Positions 40,502-51,649 of a stretch of 64,000 bases of DNA are shown piece after piece. A program made the translations under genes and the position numbers. Origin of the DNA: Ignavibacteria bacterium. Lineage in GTDB: Bacteria; Bacteroidota; Ignavibacteria; Kapaibacteriales; Kapaibacteriaceae. The stretch spans positions 352,778-416,777 of the forward strand of contig JACPPD010000003.1 in the NCBI GenBank assembly GCA_016191145.1, written 5' to 3'. The notes beneath the pieces were generated by a model. The model was not told where the DNA came from, did not search any database, and saw nothing but the letters and a program-made list of their open reading frames with translations. The first letter of the stretch is position 1. Each line of letters starts with the position of its first letter.

Positions 40502-43386
40502 TCTGCAGTCCTAACAGTTTGCTTACGTCGCATACTCGCAGATCTATCACTAAAAAATGTATTGAGTGCCTTAGCTGTATGAGTATTCAACGAGCTCACC
40601 TGTTTGGGTGTGCCTGTGGCTACGATCTTACCGCCCCGTTCACCGCCATCAGGGCCAATATCAATGATCCAATCCGCAGCCGCCATAACATGAACATTAT
40701 GTTCGATTACGAGAACGGTGTTACCTTTATCAACAAGTTTATCAAATGAGGTAAGAAGAGTTGAGACATCGTGTATATGCAAACCTGTTGTTGGCTCATC
40801 AAAAATGAAAAGTGTATTGCTCTGGCGCTGTGTGTCAAGATAGCTTGCAAGCTTTACGCGTTGTGCCTCGCCCCCTGACAAATGCGTAGAAGGCTGTCCC
40901 AATTGAATATATCCCAACCCCACCTGTTGAAGTACATCGAGCTTCTGCGTGATACGGTTGATACCATCGAAGTGCCGTAGCGCTTCATCAACCGTCATGT
41001 TCAAAACATCGATGATACTTTTTTCCCGGAACAGAATACTGGAGATTTCTTTTTTGTATCTGCTGCCTCCGCAAGTTTCACAAGGCAATTCAATGTCGGA
41101 CAGAAACTGCATTTCAATTGTAACCACACCATTGCCTTCGCAAGTTTCGCAGCGTCCGCCGGAAATGTTAAAAGAAAAATATCCCGGACCCCAACCCAAT
41201 TGTTTCGCAGCTTGAGTGGATGCAAATATGTCTCTGATGTTGTCGAATACTTTTGTATACGTTGCCGGAGTCGACCTTGATGAGCGTCCAATAGGCGATT
41301 GGTCGATCATTTCAACACCGGAAATATTCGCCATGCCTTCAATCCGTTCACAGTTTCCAACTTCGCCGGTGTAGCCTCCGTAAATCCTCTGGATGCCAGC
41401 ATAAATGACGTCGTGAACCAGCGAACTTTTGCCTGAGCCACTAACGCCCGTTACGACGATAAATTTCCCCAGCGGCAATTCAACGTCGTCTCCTTTCAGG
41501 TTATGATGTCTCGGTGCTCTAACAATAACTGACAGGCCATTACCCTTCCTGAATGTAGACTTCACTGCAACCTGTTTGCTGCCTCTGTGGTACTCAGCCG
41601 TAAGAGTAGTTGCATTATTTATCATGTCATCGAAAGAGCCGCTGAACACAACCTGGCCACCATGTTCACCTGCAAGAGGACCGAGATCTACAATGTGATC
41701 CGCAGTGCGAATAACATCCATATCGTGCTCCACAACCACAACAGTATTGCCAAGTGATTTTAGACGGTGGAGTATGTCGAGAAGACGTTGTGTATCGCGT
41801 GGATGTAAGCCGATACTTGGTTCATCCAACACGTATAGTGTTCCAACAAGAGCAGAGCCAAGAGAGGTAGCAAGATTAATGCGCTGAGACTCTCCACCCG
41901 ATAGAGTATGAGATAATCGGTCGAGCGTTAGATAATGCAATCCGATATCGCACATCAGATGGAGTCGGCGTCTTAGTTCAATTAATATTTGTCCCACCAT
42001 CTGCTCTTCGTGTAGTGAAGGCTGATAGGCATCGAAATGGTCACGGGCTTCTGCAAGTGTTAAAGAGACTACCTGTGGAATATTTTTTTCTCCGACAAAT
42101 ACCTGACGTGCAGCGGTTCGAAGTCGCGACCCATTGCATGCGCGGCACCGAGTATATCCACGGTATCGGCTGAGCATAACGCGATAGTGCGTCTTGTAGG
42201 ATTTCTCTTCCAGCATTCTGAAAAAACCGTTAACACCAATGTACTCGCCACTCCCCTCCATCACAATTTCTTGCTGCTCCGGTGTTAGCGTGTAATATGG
42301 CTTGTCGGTGGGCAGTCCGAGCTGTGGTGCAAGCCTAATAAGTGTTCTAAGATGGGACCCAAACGATTCACCGCGGAACGGATGAATAGCGCCTCGTTTT
42401 ATCGACTGGCTCTTGTCTGGAAAGACAAGGCTTTCATCGATTCCAACGCTTCGGCCAAACCCCTGACATGTTGGACATGCACCAAATGGATTGTTAAACG
42501 AAAACAACCGTGGCTCTGGTTCAATGTATTGAGTTTGAGATCGCGCATTTTCAAATTTTGATGAATAATAGGAATCCCTGGCATCTGTTGGCCGATCGAG
42601 TAAACGCACAACAATCCTGCCGCTGCCAACATCAAAAGCCGTCTCCAGCGAATCTGTGAGTCTGCTGATATCCTCAGCATTGTTCTTAACAACAATCCTG
42701 TCTACCAGAACATATACACGAGAAACGTCATCGGATAGTTCCGTTAACTCCTCTAATTCACAGGCAAGATCAGCTTCGCCTATCACCAGCCTTGTGAATC
42801 CACGTGCATAAAGTCCTTCCTTGATTTCGTTCAACGACCCATGCTCGATTGGCAGTGCAGCCATGATATATGCTCGTTGTCCAGTTTCTTGGCTGATGAG
42901 CTGCTGGCATACAGACTCAGGTGTGTCTTTTCTTACAATCTCTCCGCTATCTTTATCGATAACGACTCCGATCCGACCATACAACAGCCGCAGATAATCG
43001 TAGATCTCTGTGGTAGTGGCAACCGTTGAGCGGGGATTTTTGGAGAACGACTGTTGCTGGATAGCAACGGCAGGAGGAAGGCCGGAAATGGAATCAACGT
43101 CGGGCTTGTTCATCCTGTCAAGAAACTGTCGAGCATAGACGCTCAACGATTCAACAAAGCGCCTTTGGCCTTCGGCGTAGAGAGTATCGAAAGCAAGCGA
43201 GCTCTTGCCCGACCCGCTAAGCCCGGTGATTACCGTAAGGGAGTTCCGACGGATGTCTACATCAACATTTTTGAGATTATTAACTCTGGCGCCGCGGATA
43301 GCGATCACCTTGGAATTGTGCTTTACCTGATCCATCTCACGAATCTGTTTCACAACTGATGTATTCACACATTCATTCGTAACCAA
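40498..43386 (-). CDS. uvrA: Excinuclease ABC subunit A (start may be MDQVK at 43335)
   Basis: GARVNNLKN, two GxSGSGKSS Walker A motifs, LSGGE signatures, zinc fingers. Confidence 0.98.
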   Translation of the reverse strand: MVTNECVNTSVVKQIREMDQVKHNSKVIAIRGARVNNLKNVDVDIRRNSLTVITGLSGSGKSSLAFDTLYAEGQRRFVESLSVYARQFLDRMNKPDVDSISGLPPAVAIQQQSFSKNPRSTVATTTEIYDYLRLLYGRIGVVIDKDSGEIVRKDTPESVCQQLISQETGQRAYIMAALPIEHGSLNEIKEGLYARGFTRLVIGEADLACELEELTELSDDVSRVYVLVDRIVVKNNAEDISRLTDSLETAFDVGSGRIVVRLLDRPTDARDSYYSSKFENARSQTQYIEPEPRLFSFNNPFGACPTCQGFGRSVGIDESLVFPDKSQSIKRGAIHPFRGESFGSHLRTLIRLAPQLGLPTDKPYYTLTPEQQEIVMEGSGEYIGVNGFFRMLEEKSYKTHYRVMLSRYRGYTRCRACNGSRLRTAARQVFVGEKNIPQVVSLTLAEARDHFDAYQPSLHEEQMVGQILIELRRRLHLMCDIGLHYLTLDRLSHTLSGGESQRINLATSLGSALVGTLYVLDEPSIGLHPRDTQRLLDILHRLKSLGNTVVVVEHDMDVIRTADHIVDLGPLAGEHGGQVVFSGSFDDMINNATTLTAEYHRGSKQVAVKSTFRKGNGLSVIVRAPRHHNLKGDDVELPLGKFIVVTGVSGSGKSSLVHDVIYAGIQRIYGGYTGEVGNCERIEGMANISGVEMIDQSPIGRSSRSTPATYTKVFDNIRDIFASTQAAKQLGWGPGYFSFNISGGRCETCEGNGVVTIEMQFLSDIELPCETCGGSRYKKEISSILFREKSIIDVLNMTVDEALRHFDGINRITQKLDVLQQVGLGYIQLGQPSTHLSGGEAQRVKLASYLDTQRQSNTLFIFDEPTTGLHIHDVSTLLTSFDKLVDKGNTVLVIEHNVHVMAAADWIIDIGPDGGERGGKIVATGTPKQVSSLNTHTAKALNTFFSDRSASMRRKQTVRTAE

Positions 43387-43453
43387 ACGGCTAAATTACA
43401 CCAACTTTCCTGTCACTTTTGAGCCCAAATACTGTTCTTCTTTGGCACACCCC

Positions 43454-43484
43454 TTGCTTGGTGTAAAACCAGTGCATAATTTTG
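43454..43484 (+). promoter_or_regulatory. Bacteroidota-type primary-sigma promoter of rpmB
   Basis: TTG (43454-56), 20-nt spacer, TAatTTTG (43477-84), matching the -33/-7 consensus. Confidence 0.65.
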
Positions 43485-43524
43485 TCGTTTGTTTCAAAAA
43501 CCACTTTGAAAGTGAGTCTCAATC

Positions 43525-43746
43525 ATGGCTCGTCGTTGTGAGCTGACCGGTGTCGGCGTGATGTATGGCAATAACGTCTCTCACGCCAATAACAAGACCA
43601 GGCGTCGGTTCCTCCCTAACCTGCAAAAGAAGCGTATCTGGGTGCCTGAGGAAGGTCGCTGGGTGACGGTAAAGGTTACCACCAGCGCTCTCAAGACACT
43701 CGATAAAATCGGGTACACTGCAATGAAGAATCGCGTGCACAAATAA
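43525..43746 (+). CDS. rpmB: 50S ribosomal protein L28
   Basis: MARRCELTG...[20 protein letters not shown]. Confidence 0.98.
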   Translation: MARRCELTGVGVMYGNNVSHANNKTRRRFLPNLQKKRIWVPEEGRWVTVKVTTSALKTLDKIGYTAMKNRVHK

Positions 43747-43765
43747 TTACCCGAAACGTTTTAAC

Positions 43766-43794
43766 AAAAGGCCGCCATTCGCGGCCTTTTTTTT
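43766..43794 (+). terminator. Intrinsic terminator after rpmB
   Basis: aaaaggccgc-cattc-gcggcctttt, with the T run extending to 8 T. Confidence 0.9.
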
Positions 43795-43803
43795 GCAAGG
43801 CGA

Positions 43804-45399
43804 ATGATTCGGCGATTTTGTTCGTCACTACACAAGATGAATCTCGCGTTAATCGTTACCATTCTCCCCTTATCCTATGGGATTGTTATTGGTCAGGGGG
43901 CTCGCACACCTTCCGATTCGGCGCGCCAGCATTTCATTAATGGTACTTCCCTTCAGATTCAGGGGAACAGACATGCCGAAGCTATCCTTGAGTTTCAGGA
44001 GTCTCTCGAATACGATAGTTCCGCTATTTGTTTAACAGCAATGGCAAGGTCGTATCTGGAGTTGAGACGCCTAAACCAAGCCGAAGAACACGTAGAGCAT
44101 GCTCTGCGGATCGATCCGCGGCTTCGCGATGCCTGGGAAGTTTTATCGGAGGTAATGATTGCCAGCGGACGCTATGATGAAGGAATTAAAGCATACGAGC
44201 ATATACTTGATTTAGAGCCAACAAACCGACAGCTCTATACACTCGGAAGATTATACGAACCACGGGATGCACGTAAAGCTATATCGGTATTCAAACGGCT
44301 TGCTGCATCTGAACAAAGTTCATCGCTTCACCTCAGAATTGCCGACCTGTATAAGCGAATTCGCGATAAAGATGGGTGGTTAGAAGAGATTCGTAAAGCC
44401 CACAGCTTGGACGAGGACAACGCCGAAGCGGCGACTGCGGCTATTCAGGCTTATACTGAATTTGGCATGTTACCCGATGCCAGAGCCATTGCATACAGAT
44501 GGCTTCAATTATATCCCCGTTCGGAATCTACACTCAAGGTATGGTCGACATTTCTCCAGTCGCTGCTAGCCGATAGTCTCCTTGCTAATCTTTTTGATGA
44601 TGATGTATCGGCTGTTCTGAAAGAATGTGAACATTCATTTGCATGGAATGGCTTCATTTCAATGTTGAGCGGCGCTGTAGCACTTGAAGTAAAGGATACT
44701 CGCACTGCAGGCACCCTATTCGACGCGGCGGCAAATAAAGTCTCGTCAAATCCAGACTACCTGCTTCAAATTGCCATGCTGTACAGGTCAAATGATTATT
44801 TTTTGGAAGCGATCGACTTTCTAAAAAAATGGAAACCGACATCGTACAAGGACCCACGCTTTAACCTCCTTACCGCAGAGTGCCTGATTCGCCTTGAGCG
44901 CGAAGATGCTGCAGAGGATGAATACAGAATCGCTCTTGCCATAGATTCCACTCTGATCGAAGCTTGGCTCCAGATTGCGCTTATTCACGATAACCGCCAG
45001 GATTTTCCGACGGCAATTGTTTCCTATGAGCGCGCATTATTGCTGGATCCGGACAATTCCCTGGCAAATAACAACTATGCTTACAGCATTGCTGTGCGCG
45101 GCGGAGATATGCAGAGAGCACGAGATATGGCATGGCGAGCAGTGCGGCAATACCCGACGAATCCTGCCTACCTTGATACCTATGCCTGGGTGCTCTATCG
45201 GGATGGTGAGACTGAGAAGGCACTGATCTATATCAGAAAAGCTGTTGAGTCTGGCGGCAGCGCAACACATTATGAGCATTTGGGCGATATACTCGAAACA
45301 AATGGTGATATCGATGGAGCTGTTAGAGCATGGGAAACAGCGCTTGCACGAGATCCTGAACGCGTATACCTTCGTGCAAGAATTGATCGCTATCGTTAA
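43804..45399 (+). CDS. Exported TPR protein
   Basis: Signal-like N-terminus, multiple TPRs, NNYAYS...YLDTYAWVLY...EHLGDI C-terminal block. Confidence 0.85.
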   Translation: MIRRFCSSLHKMNLALIVTILPLSYGIVIGQGARTPSDSARQHFINGTSLQIQGNRHAEAILEFQESLEYDSSAICLTAMARSYLELRRLNQAEEHVEHALRIDPRLRDAWEVLSEVMIASGRYDEGIKAYEHILDLEPTNRQLYTLGRLYEPRDARKAISVFKRLAASEQSSSLHLRIADLYKRIRDKDGWLEEIRKAHSLDEDNAEAATAAIQAYTEFGMLPDARAIAYRWLQLYPRSESTLKVWSTFLQSLLADSLLANLFDDDVSAVLKECEHSFAWNGFISMLSGAVALEVKDTRTAGTLFDAAANKVSSNPDYLLQIAMLYRSNDYFLEAIDFLKKWKPTSYKDPRFNLLTAECLIRLEREDAAEDEYRIALAIDSTLIEAWLQIALIHDNRQDFPTAIVSYERALLLDPDNSLANNNYAYSIAVRGGDMQRARDMAWRAVRQYPTNPAYLDTYAWVLYRDGETEKALIYIRKAVESGGSATHYEHLGDILETNGDIDGAVRAWETALARDPERVYLRARIDRYR

Positions 45400-45426
45400 C
45401 TCCTTAGGGCGTATCACGGATTACCT

Positions 45427-45618
45427 ATGAATTATACAAGCACAGATCCACTCGACTATGAAATACTCATACGACGCAGGAGTGAAACTGACTATGCAAG
45501 CTATTGCCCACAGCTTGCCTTTATGATTAAAGGCACATCGCATGAAGAAGTTGAAAATGCGATGAAGGAATATGTTCTTAAGTATATCGAATCATTGAAA
45601 CAGCAAATACAGGAATGA
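45427..45618 (+). CDS. Small HicB-like protein (antitoxin N-terminal fold)
   Basis: Y.S.CPQL....KG.S.EE..N.MKE.V..YIESL resembles the HicB partial RNase H fold; no HicA neighbour. Confidence 0.55.
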   Translation: MNYTSTDPLDYEILIRRRSETDYASYCPQLAFMIKGTSHEEVENAMKEYVLKYIESLKQQIQE

Positions 45619-46496
45619 TGCTTTCGTGGGGCTCGAAACCTGCCACGCTATCAAGGGGGCCAATCATTGAGTCATGGTGGCTTCGCATCGTCTTAACTAT
45701 TCTGAGTCTCGCAGGTGGCGGTATAGTGTCTGTTGTATCTTTTTCAGATGAGAACTTTGTTATCATTTCTATATATGAGATTCTCACAATATCTATGATT
45801 GGAATCGAACTGCTGCGCCACAACGGTTCTGTGAGATCGTCAGGTATTGGACTTACTCGAAACACTGCTTCGATATTTGCAGTAGCAGGGCTGTTCGCCG
45901 TTGTAATTCTTGGCTTCATCTTAATTGTATCATTACTTCTTGGTGGAACATTATCTGTTCCGACGCCTCAGGTATCCTTTGTCGGACTGGCGATTCTTGT
46001 TGTGTCGAGTGCGGGAGAAGAAGTAGTGTTCCGAGGCACAATTTTTCAGGCGCTGTTGGAACGATTTGGTCCGGCTACAGCTATTATTTCAACCTCCACT
46101 TTGTTTGGCTTAGCACATTCAGTGAATCCCGGTATCTCAGCTCTGGCAATAATCAATGTTGTGCTGGCTGGCGTCGTGCTGGGATCCTTGGTTGTAAAAA
46201 CTCAATCACTATGGTCGGCAATCTCGTTTCATGTTGTGTGGAATGGCTGCGTCTACCTCTTCATTGGCAGTGTAAGCGGACATGCATTCCAGCCGGTTAT
46301 TTCAACGTTAGATTCGTCGTCTATTCCGGATGAATTGTTATGGTTGGTTTCAGGACCGTTTGGTGTGGAGCAAGGGTTGCTGACTACAGTACTGTTAGCG
46401 TTTGCTATTCCGTCAGTATTTAGAGTAATGAAAACCGATTTCGATATAACCAAAGCGCGTATAGAAAGGAATGCGGCAGCATATCCGGCAGCATGA
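45615..46496 (+). CDS. CPBP/Abi family intramembrane glutamic protease
   Basis: GEEVVFRG, FGLAH, H..WN motifs; G.FG.E C-terminal motif. Confidence 0.92.
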   Translation: MMLSWGSKPATLSRGPIIESWWLRIVLTILSLAGGGIVSVVSFSDENFVIISIYEILTISMIGIELLRHNGSVRSSGIGLTRNTASIFAVAGLFAVVILGFILIVSLLLGGTLSVPTPQVSFVGLAILVVSSAGEEVVFRGTIFQALLERFGPATAIISTSTLFGLAHSVNPGISALAIINVVLAGVVLGSLVVKTQSLWSAISFHVVWNGCVYLFIGSVSGHAFQPVISTLDSSSIPDELLWLVSGPFGVEQGLLTTVLLAFAIPSVFRVMKTDFDITKARIERNAAAYPAA

Positions 46497-47656
46497 CGTC
46501 ATTTCACAAGAACATATTCATTCTTACCATGTTCCTCTCATTGACGTCAGCCAATGCGTTTGCACAATGGGTGTTCATGAAGTCAGACGGTGACAGTCTG
46601 GTTAACGTTGGCATCGACGCTATTTACAACGTGGAGTTTGAAAAAGCACATACCAATTTTGAGCGAGTGATACAAATGTATCCCGAACATCCGGCGGGAT
46701 ATTTTATGGATGCAATGATAGACTGGTGGAAGATTGTGCTCGACACCCGAAGTCGGTCTAATGATGCTCAGTTTGAACGTAAAATTCAGCGTGTTCTGGA
46801 TCTCTGCGATCGCATCCTGGACCATTATCCAAATGACATCGTTGCACTGTTTTTCAGGGGAGGCTCGCTTGGATTCATCGGAAGATTCTATGCGATGCGG
46901 AAGAATTACCTTGATGCTGCATCAACTGGCAAGGAAGCACTCGATGTGCTCACTGCATGTCAGAAACTTGCGCCGGGCAATCACGATATCATGTTGGGAA
47001 CAGGCATCTACAACTACTATGCTGCCATCTTTCCAGAAAAATACCCTGTCCTAAAACCGTTGATGATGTTTCTTCCGAGAGGCGACAGAGAACTCGGTTT
47101 GCTCCAGTTAAAAGCTGCTGCTGCACAGGCTCGATACGCATCGGTTGAGGCTAAAGTGCTTCTGATTAGCGCATACTATGAATTTGAACAAAACGCAAGC
47201 GCTGCCTATCCGTATGCGTTGGATCTGGCAACAAAGTATCCAAACAATCCTTCGTTTCAGCGCTGGCTGGGAAGGTGTCTTGTCAGGCTGGGTAAGCTTG
47301 ACACGATGGAAATTGTTTGGCGAAGGATCATCCTCAACTATATGGACAAGCGATATGGTTACGATATGTATGCCGCCCGGGAAGCGCTGTACTACATTGG
47401 GCTGGGACGAATGTTTGCCCGTGATTATGATATCGCATTGAAATATTTTTATAAATGTGATGAAGCCAGCAGGACACTGGATACGGAAGGTCCTTCCGGC
47501 TTCATGGTTAAACTAAATATGAAGGTCGGTCAGATTTATGATTTGCAAGGCAAGAGGGCTCTCGCAATTGAACAATACAAAAAGGTTTTGTCGTTTAATG
47601 AATATGAAACCTCTCACGACGATGCCAATAGGTATCTTCAAACACCATTCAGATAA
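46493..47656 (+). CDS. Secreted TPR-like protein
   Basis: Signal peptide (AFA-Q), helical repeats, YP.HP.GYF and G.G.YNYY motifs. Confidence 0.75.
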   Translation: MTSFHKNIFILTMFLSLTSANAFAQWVFMKSDGDSLVNVGIDAIYNVEFEKAHTNFERVIQMYPEHPAGYFMDAMIDWWKIVLDTRSRSNDAQFERKIQRVLDLCDRILDHYPNDIVALFFRGGSLGFIGRFYAMRKNYLDAASTGKEALDVLTACQKLAPGNHDIMLGTGIYNYYAAIFPEKYPVLKPLMMFLPRGDRELGLLQLKAAAAQARYASVEAKVLLISAYYEFEQNASAAYPYALDLATKYPNNPSFQRWLGRCLVRLGKLDTMEIVWRRIILNYMDKRYGYDMYAAREALYYIGLGRMFARDYDIALKYFYKCDEASRTLDTEGPSGFMVKLNMKVGQIYDLQGKRALAIEQYKKVLSFNEYETSHDDANRYLQTPFR

Positions 47657-47691
47657 TCCATCGATGGCAGCAACTCCCCTATTTTTGCTGG

Positions 47692-49815
47692 ATGAAACCA
47701 ATTCTCGATGAATGGGCGAGACAGGCGCAGAAGGAACTTGGAAATAAGAGTTTAGATGGGCTTACTACGGAATCGATCGAAGGTATCGCAATAAGGCCGC
47801 TGTATACGGCTGCCGATTTAGAACAGCTCGAATCACATATCGGAATGCCCGGTATCCATCCGTTTGTAAGGGGCCCGTATGCAACAATGTATACGAATCG
47901 AATGTGGACTGTACGGCAGTATGCCGGCTTTAGCACAGCCCAGGAATCAAACGCTTTTTACAAGCAGGCGTTGAGCAACGGTCAACGCGGACTCTCTGTA
48001 GCCTTCGACCTAGCAACACATCGCGGATACGATAGCGATCACCCTCGAGTTGTGGGCGATGTTGGTAAGGCTGGCGTTGCAGTCGACACAGTCGAAGACA
48101 TGAAAGCCCTATTTGAAGGTATCCCCCTGAAAGAAATCAGCGTTTCGATGACGATGAACGGAGCCGTTATTCCCATCATGGCAATGTTCATCGTAGCAGC
48201 CGAAGAACAAAGCGTGGGGTTGGATGCGTTGAGCGGAACCATACAGAACGATATCCTAAAAGAATTTATGGTACGAAACACGTACATATACCCTCCTCTG
48301 CCATCTATGCGCATCACTGCCGACGTAATAGAGTTCGCTAGTAAGTATATGCCCCGCTTTAATTCAATTTCCATTTCGGGCTATCACATGCACGAAGCCG
48401 GAGCAACTGCAGTACAAGAGCTGGCTTTTACTATTGCAGACGGGCTCGAATATGTTCGTACTGTGGTGCAAAGAGGTATGGACGTTGATGCCTTTGCACC
48501 TCGTCTGTCGTTCTTCTTTGCAGTCGGTATGAATTTCTTTATGGAAATTGCAAAACTGAGGGCAGCAAGACGATTGTGGGCCGAGAAGATGAGTGAATTC
48601 AAACCAGGGAAGAAGGAGTCTACCATCCTCAGAACCCACTGTCAAACTTCCGGTTGGTCCCTGGCTGCTCAGGACCCATATAACAATGTGGTTCGTACAA
48701 CCATCGAAGCAATGGCAGCAGTTCTCGGCGGAACACAGTCGCTGCATACAAACTCTTTCGACGAAGCGCTGGGTTTACCAACCCAAGATTCCGCACGAAT
48801 TGCGCGAAATACACAGCTCATCATCGCTCAAGAGAGCCATGTTGCCGATGTAATTGATCCTCTTGGAGGGTCATATTTTGTTGAGTCCCTTACGAATTCG
48901 CTTGTTAAAGCTGCTGAATCCTTACTCGATGAAATTGAATCGTACGGAGGTATGACTAAGGCCATCCTTGCAGGGATACCAAAGATGAAGATTGAAGAAG
49001 CTTCTGCGCGGCGCCAGGCCAGAATAGACCGGAGTATCGAAAAAATCGTCGGCGTGAATGCATACGCTGTGGATGACGAACCCGAGATCGAGATTTTATC
49101 AATTGACAATGCAGTGGTTCGTCAAACACAAATTAATAATATTGAGAAAGTGAAGTCTAAACGAGATACTAAACAAGTTCAACAGAGTCTTGAAGCATTA
49201 ACGGAAGCGTGCCGCTCGGATGATAAAAATCTCTTGGAATATGCTATTGAATGCGCAAGGGTACGGGCAACACTTGGCGAAATTTCCGAGGCAATGGCAA
49301 CTGTATTCACCCGATACGAGGCAGGTACTGTGGCAATTGAAGGTGTGTTTAGTTCAGAATATTCCAACGACGCCGAATTCGCCGCTGTTCACGCCGAAGT
49401 TGTACGCTTCGAACAGGACTACGGCAGACGTCCGCGGATTTTAGTTGTAAAACTTGGTCAGGACGGACACGACCGAGGCGCAAAGGTTATCGCTACATCG
49501 TTCGCGGATTTGGGGTTCGACGTCGACCTTGGGCCATTATTCTCCACTCCGCAAGAAGCTGCACGATTGGCATCGGACAACGACGTACACGTTGTAGGAG
49601 TATCCAGCCAGGCTGCCGGGCATCTTACGCTTATCCCGCAGCTAATCGAAGCGTTAAAGGCTGAGGGCGCTCCTAACATCGTTGTTGTAGCTGGAGGTGT
49701 TATACCCACAAAGGATTACAAGGTTCTGGAATCAGCAGGTGTTGCATGTGTGTTCGGCCCTGGAACAAACATTCTCAAAGCCGCTAAACAAGTCCTTGCG
49801 GCTATCAGGAAATGA
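47692..49815 (+). CDS. scpA: Methylmalonyl-CoA mutase (single chain with B12-binding domain)
   Basis: [24 protein letters not shown]12 motif GQDGHDRG and GVSS.A.GH. Confidence 0.97.
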   Translation: MKPILDEWARQAQKELGNKSLDGLTTESIEGIAIRPLYTAADLEQLESHIGMPGIHPFVRGPYATMYTNRMWTVRQYAGFSTAQESNAFYKQALSNGQRGLSVAFDLATHRGYDSDHPRVVGDVGKAGVAVDTVEDMKALFEGIPLKEISVSMTMNGAVIPIMAMFIVAAEEQSVGLDALSGTIQNDILKEFMVRNTYIYPPLPSMRITADVIEFASKYMPRFNSISISGYHMHEAGATAVQELAFTIADGLEYVRTVVQRGMDVDAFAPRLSFFFAVGMNFFMEIAKLRAARRLWAEKMSEFKPGKKESTILRTHCQTSGWSLAAQDPYNNVVRTTIEAMAAVLGGTQSLHTNSFDEALGLPTQDSARIARNTQLIIAQESHVADVIDPLGGSYFVESLTNSLVKAAESLLDEIESYGGMTKAILAGIPKMKIEEASARRQARIDRSIEKIVGVNAYAVDDEPEIEILSIDNAVVRQTQINNIEKVKSKRDTKQVQQSLEALTEACRSDDKNLLEYAIECARVRATLGEISEAMATVFTRYEAGTVAIEGVFSSEYSNDAEFAAVHAEVVRFEQDYGRRPRILVVKLGQDGHDRGAKVIATSFADLGFDVDLGPLFSTPQEAARLASDNDVHVVGVSSQAAGHLTLIPQLIEALKAEGAPNIVVVAGGVIPTKDYKVLESAGVACVFGPGTNILKAAKQVLAAIRK

Positions 49816-50723
49816 TTGCTGCCGGAATCGACATTGGTACGAACACCATTCTCATGGTGATTGGAAGGAACGAGGGGAATGCTAATAATATTGATGAATG
49901 GGAAATTCTAGCTGATGAGCAACGATTCCCGCGCCTCGGAGAGGGACTGTCTGTTAACGGTTTAATTTCCGGCGCCGCACTGTTGAGAGCCAGCTGCGTT
50001 CTCGAAGAATACAAAATGCTCCTGTCTGAATACGGTGTTGAACGCTGTAGGGCAGTGGCAACTGCTTCATTGCGAAACGCCTTGAATGCTACCGAAGTGC
50101 AAATGCAGCTTCAGACTTCATTAGGAAAATCAGTTGAAATAATTGATGGAATTACGGAAGGTACTCTGACGTTTCAAGGTAGCATTACATTCAGCAGCCA
50201 CGATTCAATTCTGTTAGATATAGGTGGTGGAAGTACAGAGTTTGTAAGGGGCTCGTACGGAGTAGTTGGCAGCGTTAAAAGTATTGATATTGGAGTAGTT
50301 AACCTAACCAATAAATACGTCGTGAAGCGCCCCCTTCACGATGACCTGATACAGGAGATTCGTAATGATGTTTACCTGAAGCTGCACGAACATATTCCTG
50401 AACTTTATCGAACTGGCACAAGACTTGTTGGAGTTGCAGGGACAGCAACCGCTCTTGCCATGATAAACATTGGTGCGAAATCGTATAATTCTTCTGAAAT
50501 TAGCCGAGTCGTCCTCATTGATTCAGTGGTCCATACGCTTTCTGAGCGTCTGCTGAGGAGTTCACTGGATGAACTTCACAAGCTTGAAGGTATCGATGAA
50601 ATGAGGGCCGATGTGCTGCCGATGGGTTCGTTGATACTTGACGAGTCTATGAAATTTTTGAAAGCACATGAATGTCAGGTTAGTACTCGCGGATTACGCT
50701 TTGGAGTTCTGCTGACTGCATAG
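49812..50723 (+). CDS. ppx: Ppx/GppA family exopolyphosphatase (short form)
   Basis: IDIGTNT, RLGEG, AT...[19 protein letters not shown]. Confidence 0.9.
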   Translation: MIAAGIDIGTNTILMVIGRNEGNANNIDEWEILADEQRFPRLGEGLSVNGLISGAALLRASCVLEEYKMLLSEYGVERCRAVATASLRNALNATEVQMQLQTSLGKSVEIIDGITEGTLTFQGSITFSSHDSILLDIGGGSTEFVRGSYGVVGSVKSIDIGVVNLTNKYVVKRPLHDDLIQEIRNDVYLKLHEHIPELYRTGTRLVGVAGTATALAMINIGAKSYNSSEISRVVLIDSVVHTLSERLLRSSLDELHKLEGIDEMRADVLPMGSLILDESMKFLKAHECQVSTRGLRFGVLLTA

Positions 50724-50758
50724 GTGTTTGCTTTGTCACAGTTTCCATGTGAGGTTAT

Positions 50759-51649
50759 GTGATAATCTTGTCAATACTGCTTCTGTTGATGTGTTCTGTA
50801 AATGCATCTTCTGCCGATTCCACATACGTTCTGCGGTACGATTTGTCTGTAGGAACCTCTTACACATACCACATTGTAACCGACCAGTTCAACGTACCGA
50901 ACTCCACGGTGCGCCTGCATTCGAGGCTTCGGCTCGACGTGCTCAGTCGCGATGCATCATCCAACCTGCTTTGCAGACTTAAGCTCTCTACCGATACGCT
51001 GTTTAGAGACGATGAGAGTCCGGCATTTCGTCCGTCGGGCCGCCTAACATTCGCTGGCAACAAGTTGTATTCGGGCGTGGGATACCTAGATCTGCTATTT
51101 GATGAGTTTGGTCACATCATCAGAAGCAGACACGTAATGTCGGATGTCGATTCTGTCGATGCGCTTCAGTCTTCAACCCAACGCACAATGGATGCCGGCG
51201 CTCCTGGAACCACTGAAGATGTAGGACCCTATGGAGTAAATCTCGTGATTCCTAAAATCCCGGATGTCGCTGAGATCTATTTAAATCGCGAGTACGTTGA
51301 TACTATCCTGTTTTCATCTCGAGTAGTTCACATGCCCACCAACTACGGATCGTCGGGCACATCGGAACGCAAACAATACTACGACACGCTATTGCGTACA
51401 AGCAGGCTCGATTCTACGTGCACTGACGAGGAAGGACGCATGTTTGGATATATGACTCTGAGTGGTGAACGACGAAACGCGTTCGGTGCGAGATTTCAAT
51501 TGTCGACATGGTTAATTCGCGACATGCGCTCCGGCCTCATCACCTACATTTCTGAGACGTGCAAATTCAAGAAGAAAGGCAGGTGGCAGGATTACTACAA
51601 GGTCAACGCAGAGCTTATTGACGTCCACAAACTTTCAGGCAAGTATTGA
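50759..51649 (+). CDS. Hypothetical exported protein
   Basis: Signal peptide, beta-rich; begins Y.LRY.L..G..Y.Y; no recognised catalytic motif. Confidence 0.6.
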   Translation: MIILSILLLLMCSVNASSADSTYVLRYDLSVGTSYTYHIVTDQFNVPNSTVRLHSRLRLDVLSRDASSNLLCRLKLSTDTLFRDDESPAFRPSGRLTFAGNKLYSGVGYLDLLFDEFGHIIRSRHVMSDVDSVDALQSSTQRTMDAGAPGTTEDVGPYGVNLVIPKIPDVAEIYLNREYVDTILFSSRVVHMPTNYGSSGTSERKQYYDTLLRTSRLDSTCTDEEGRMFGYMTLSGERRNAFGARFQLSTWLIRDMRSGLITYISETCKFKKKGRWQDYYKVNAELIDVHKLSGKY

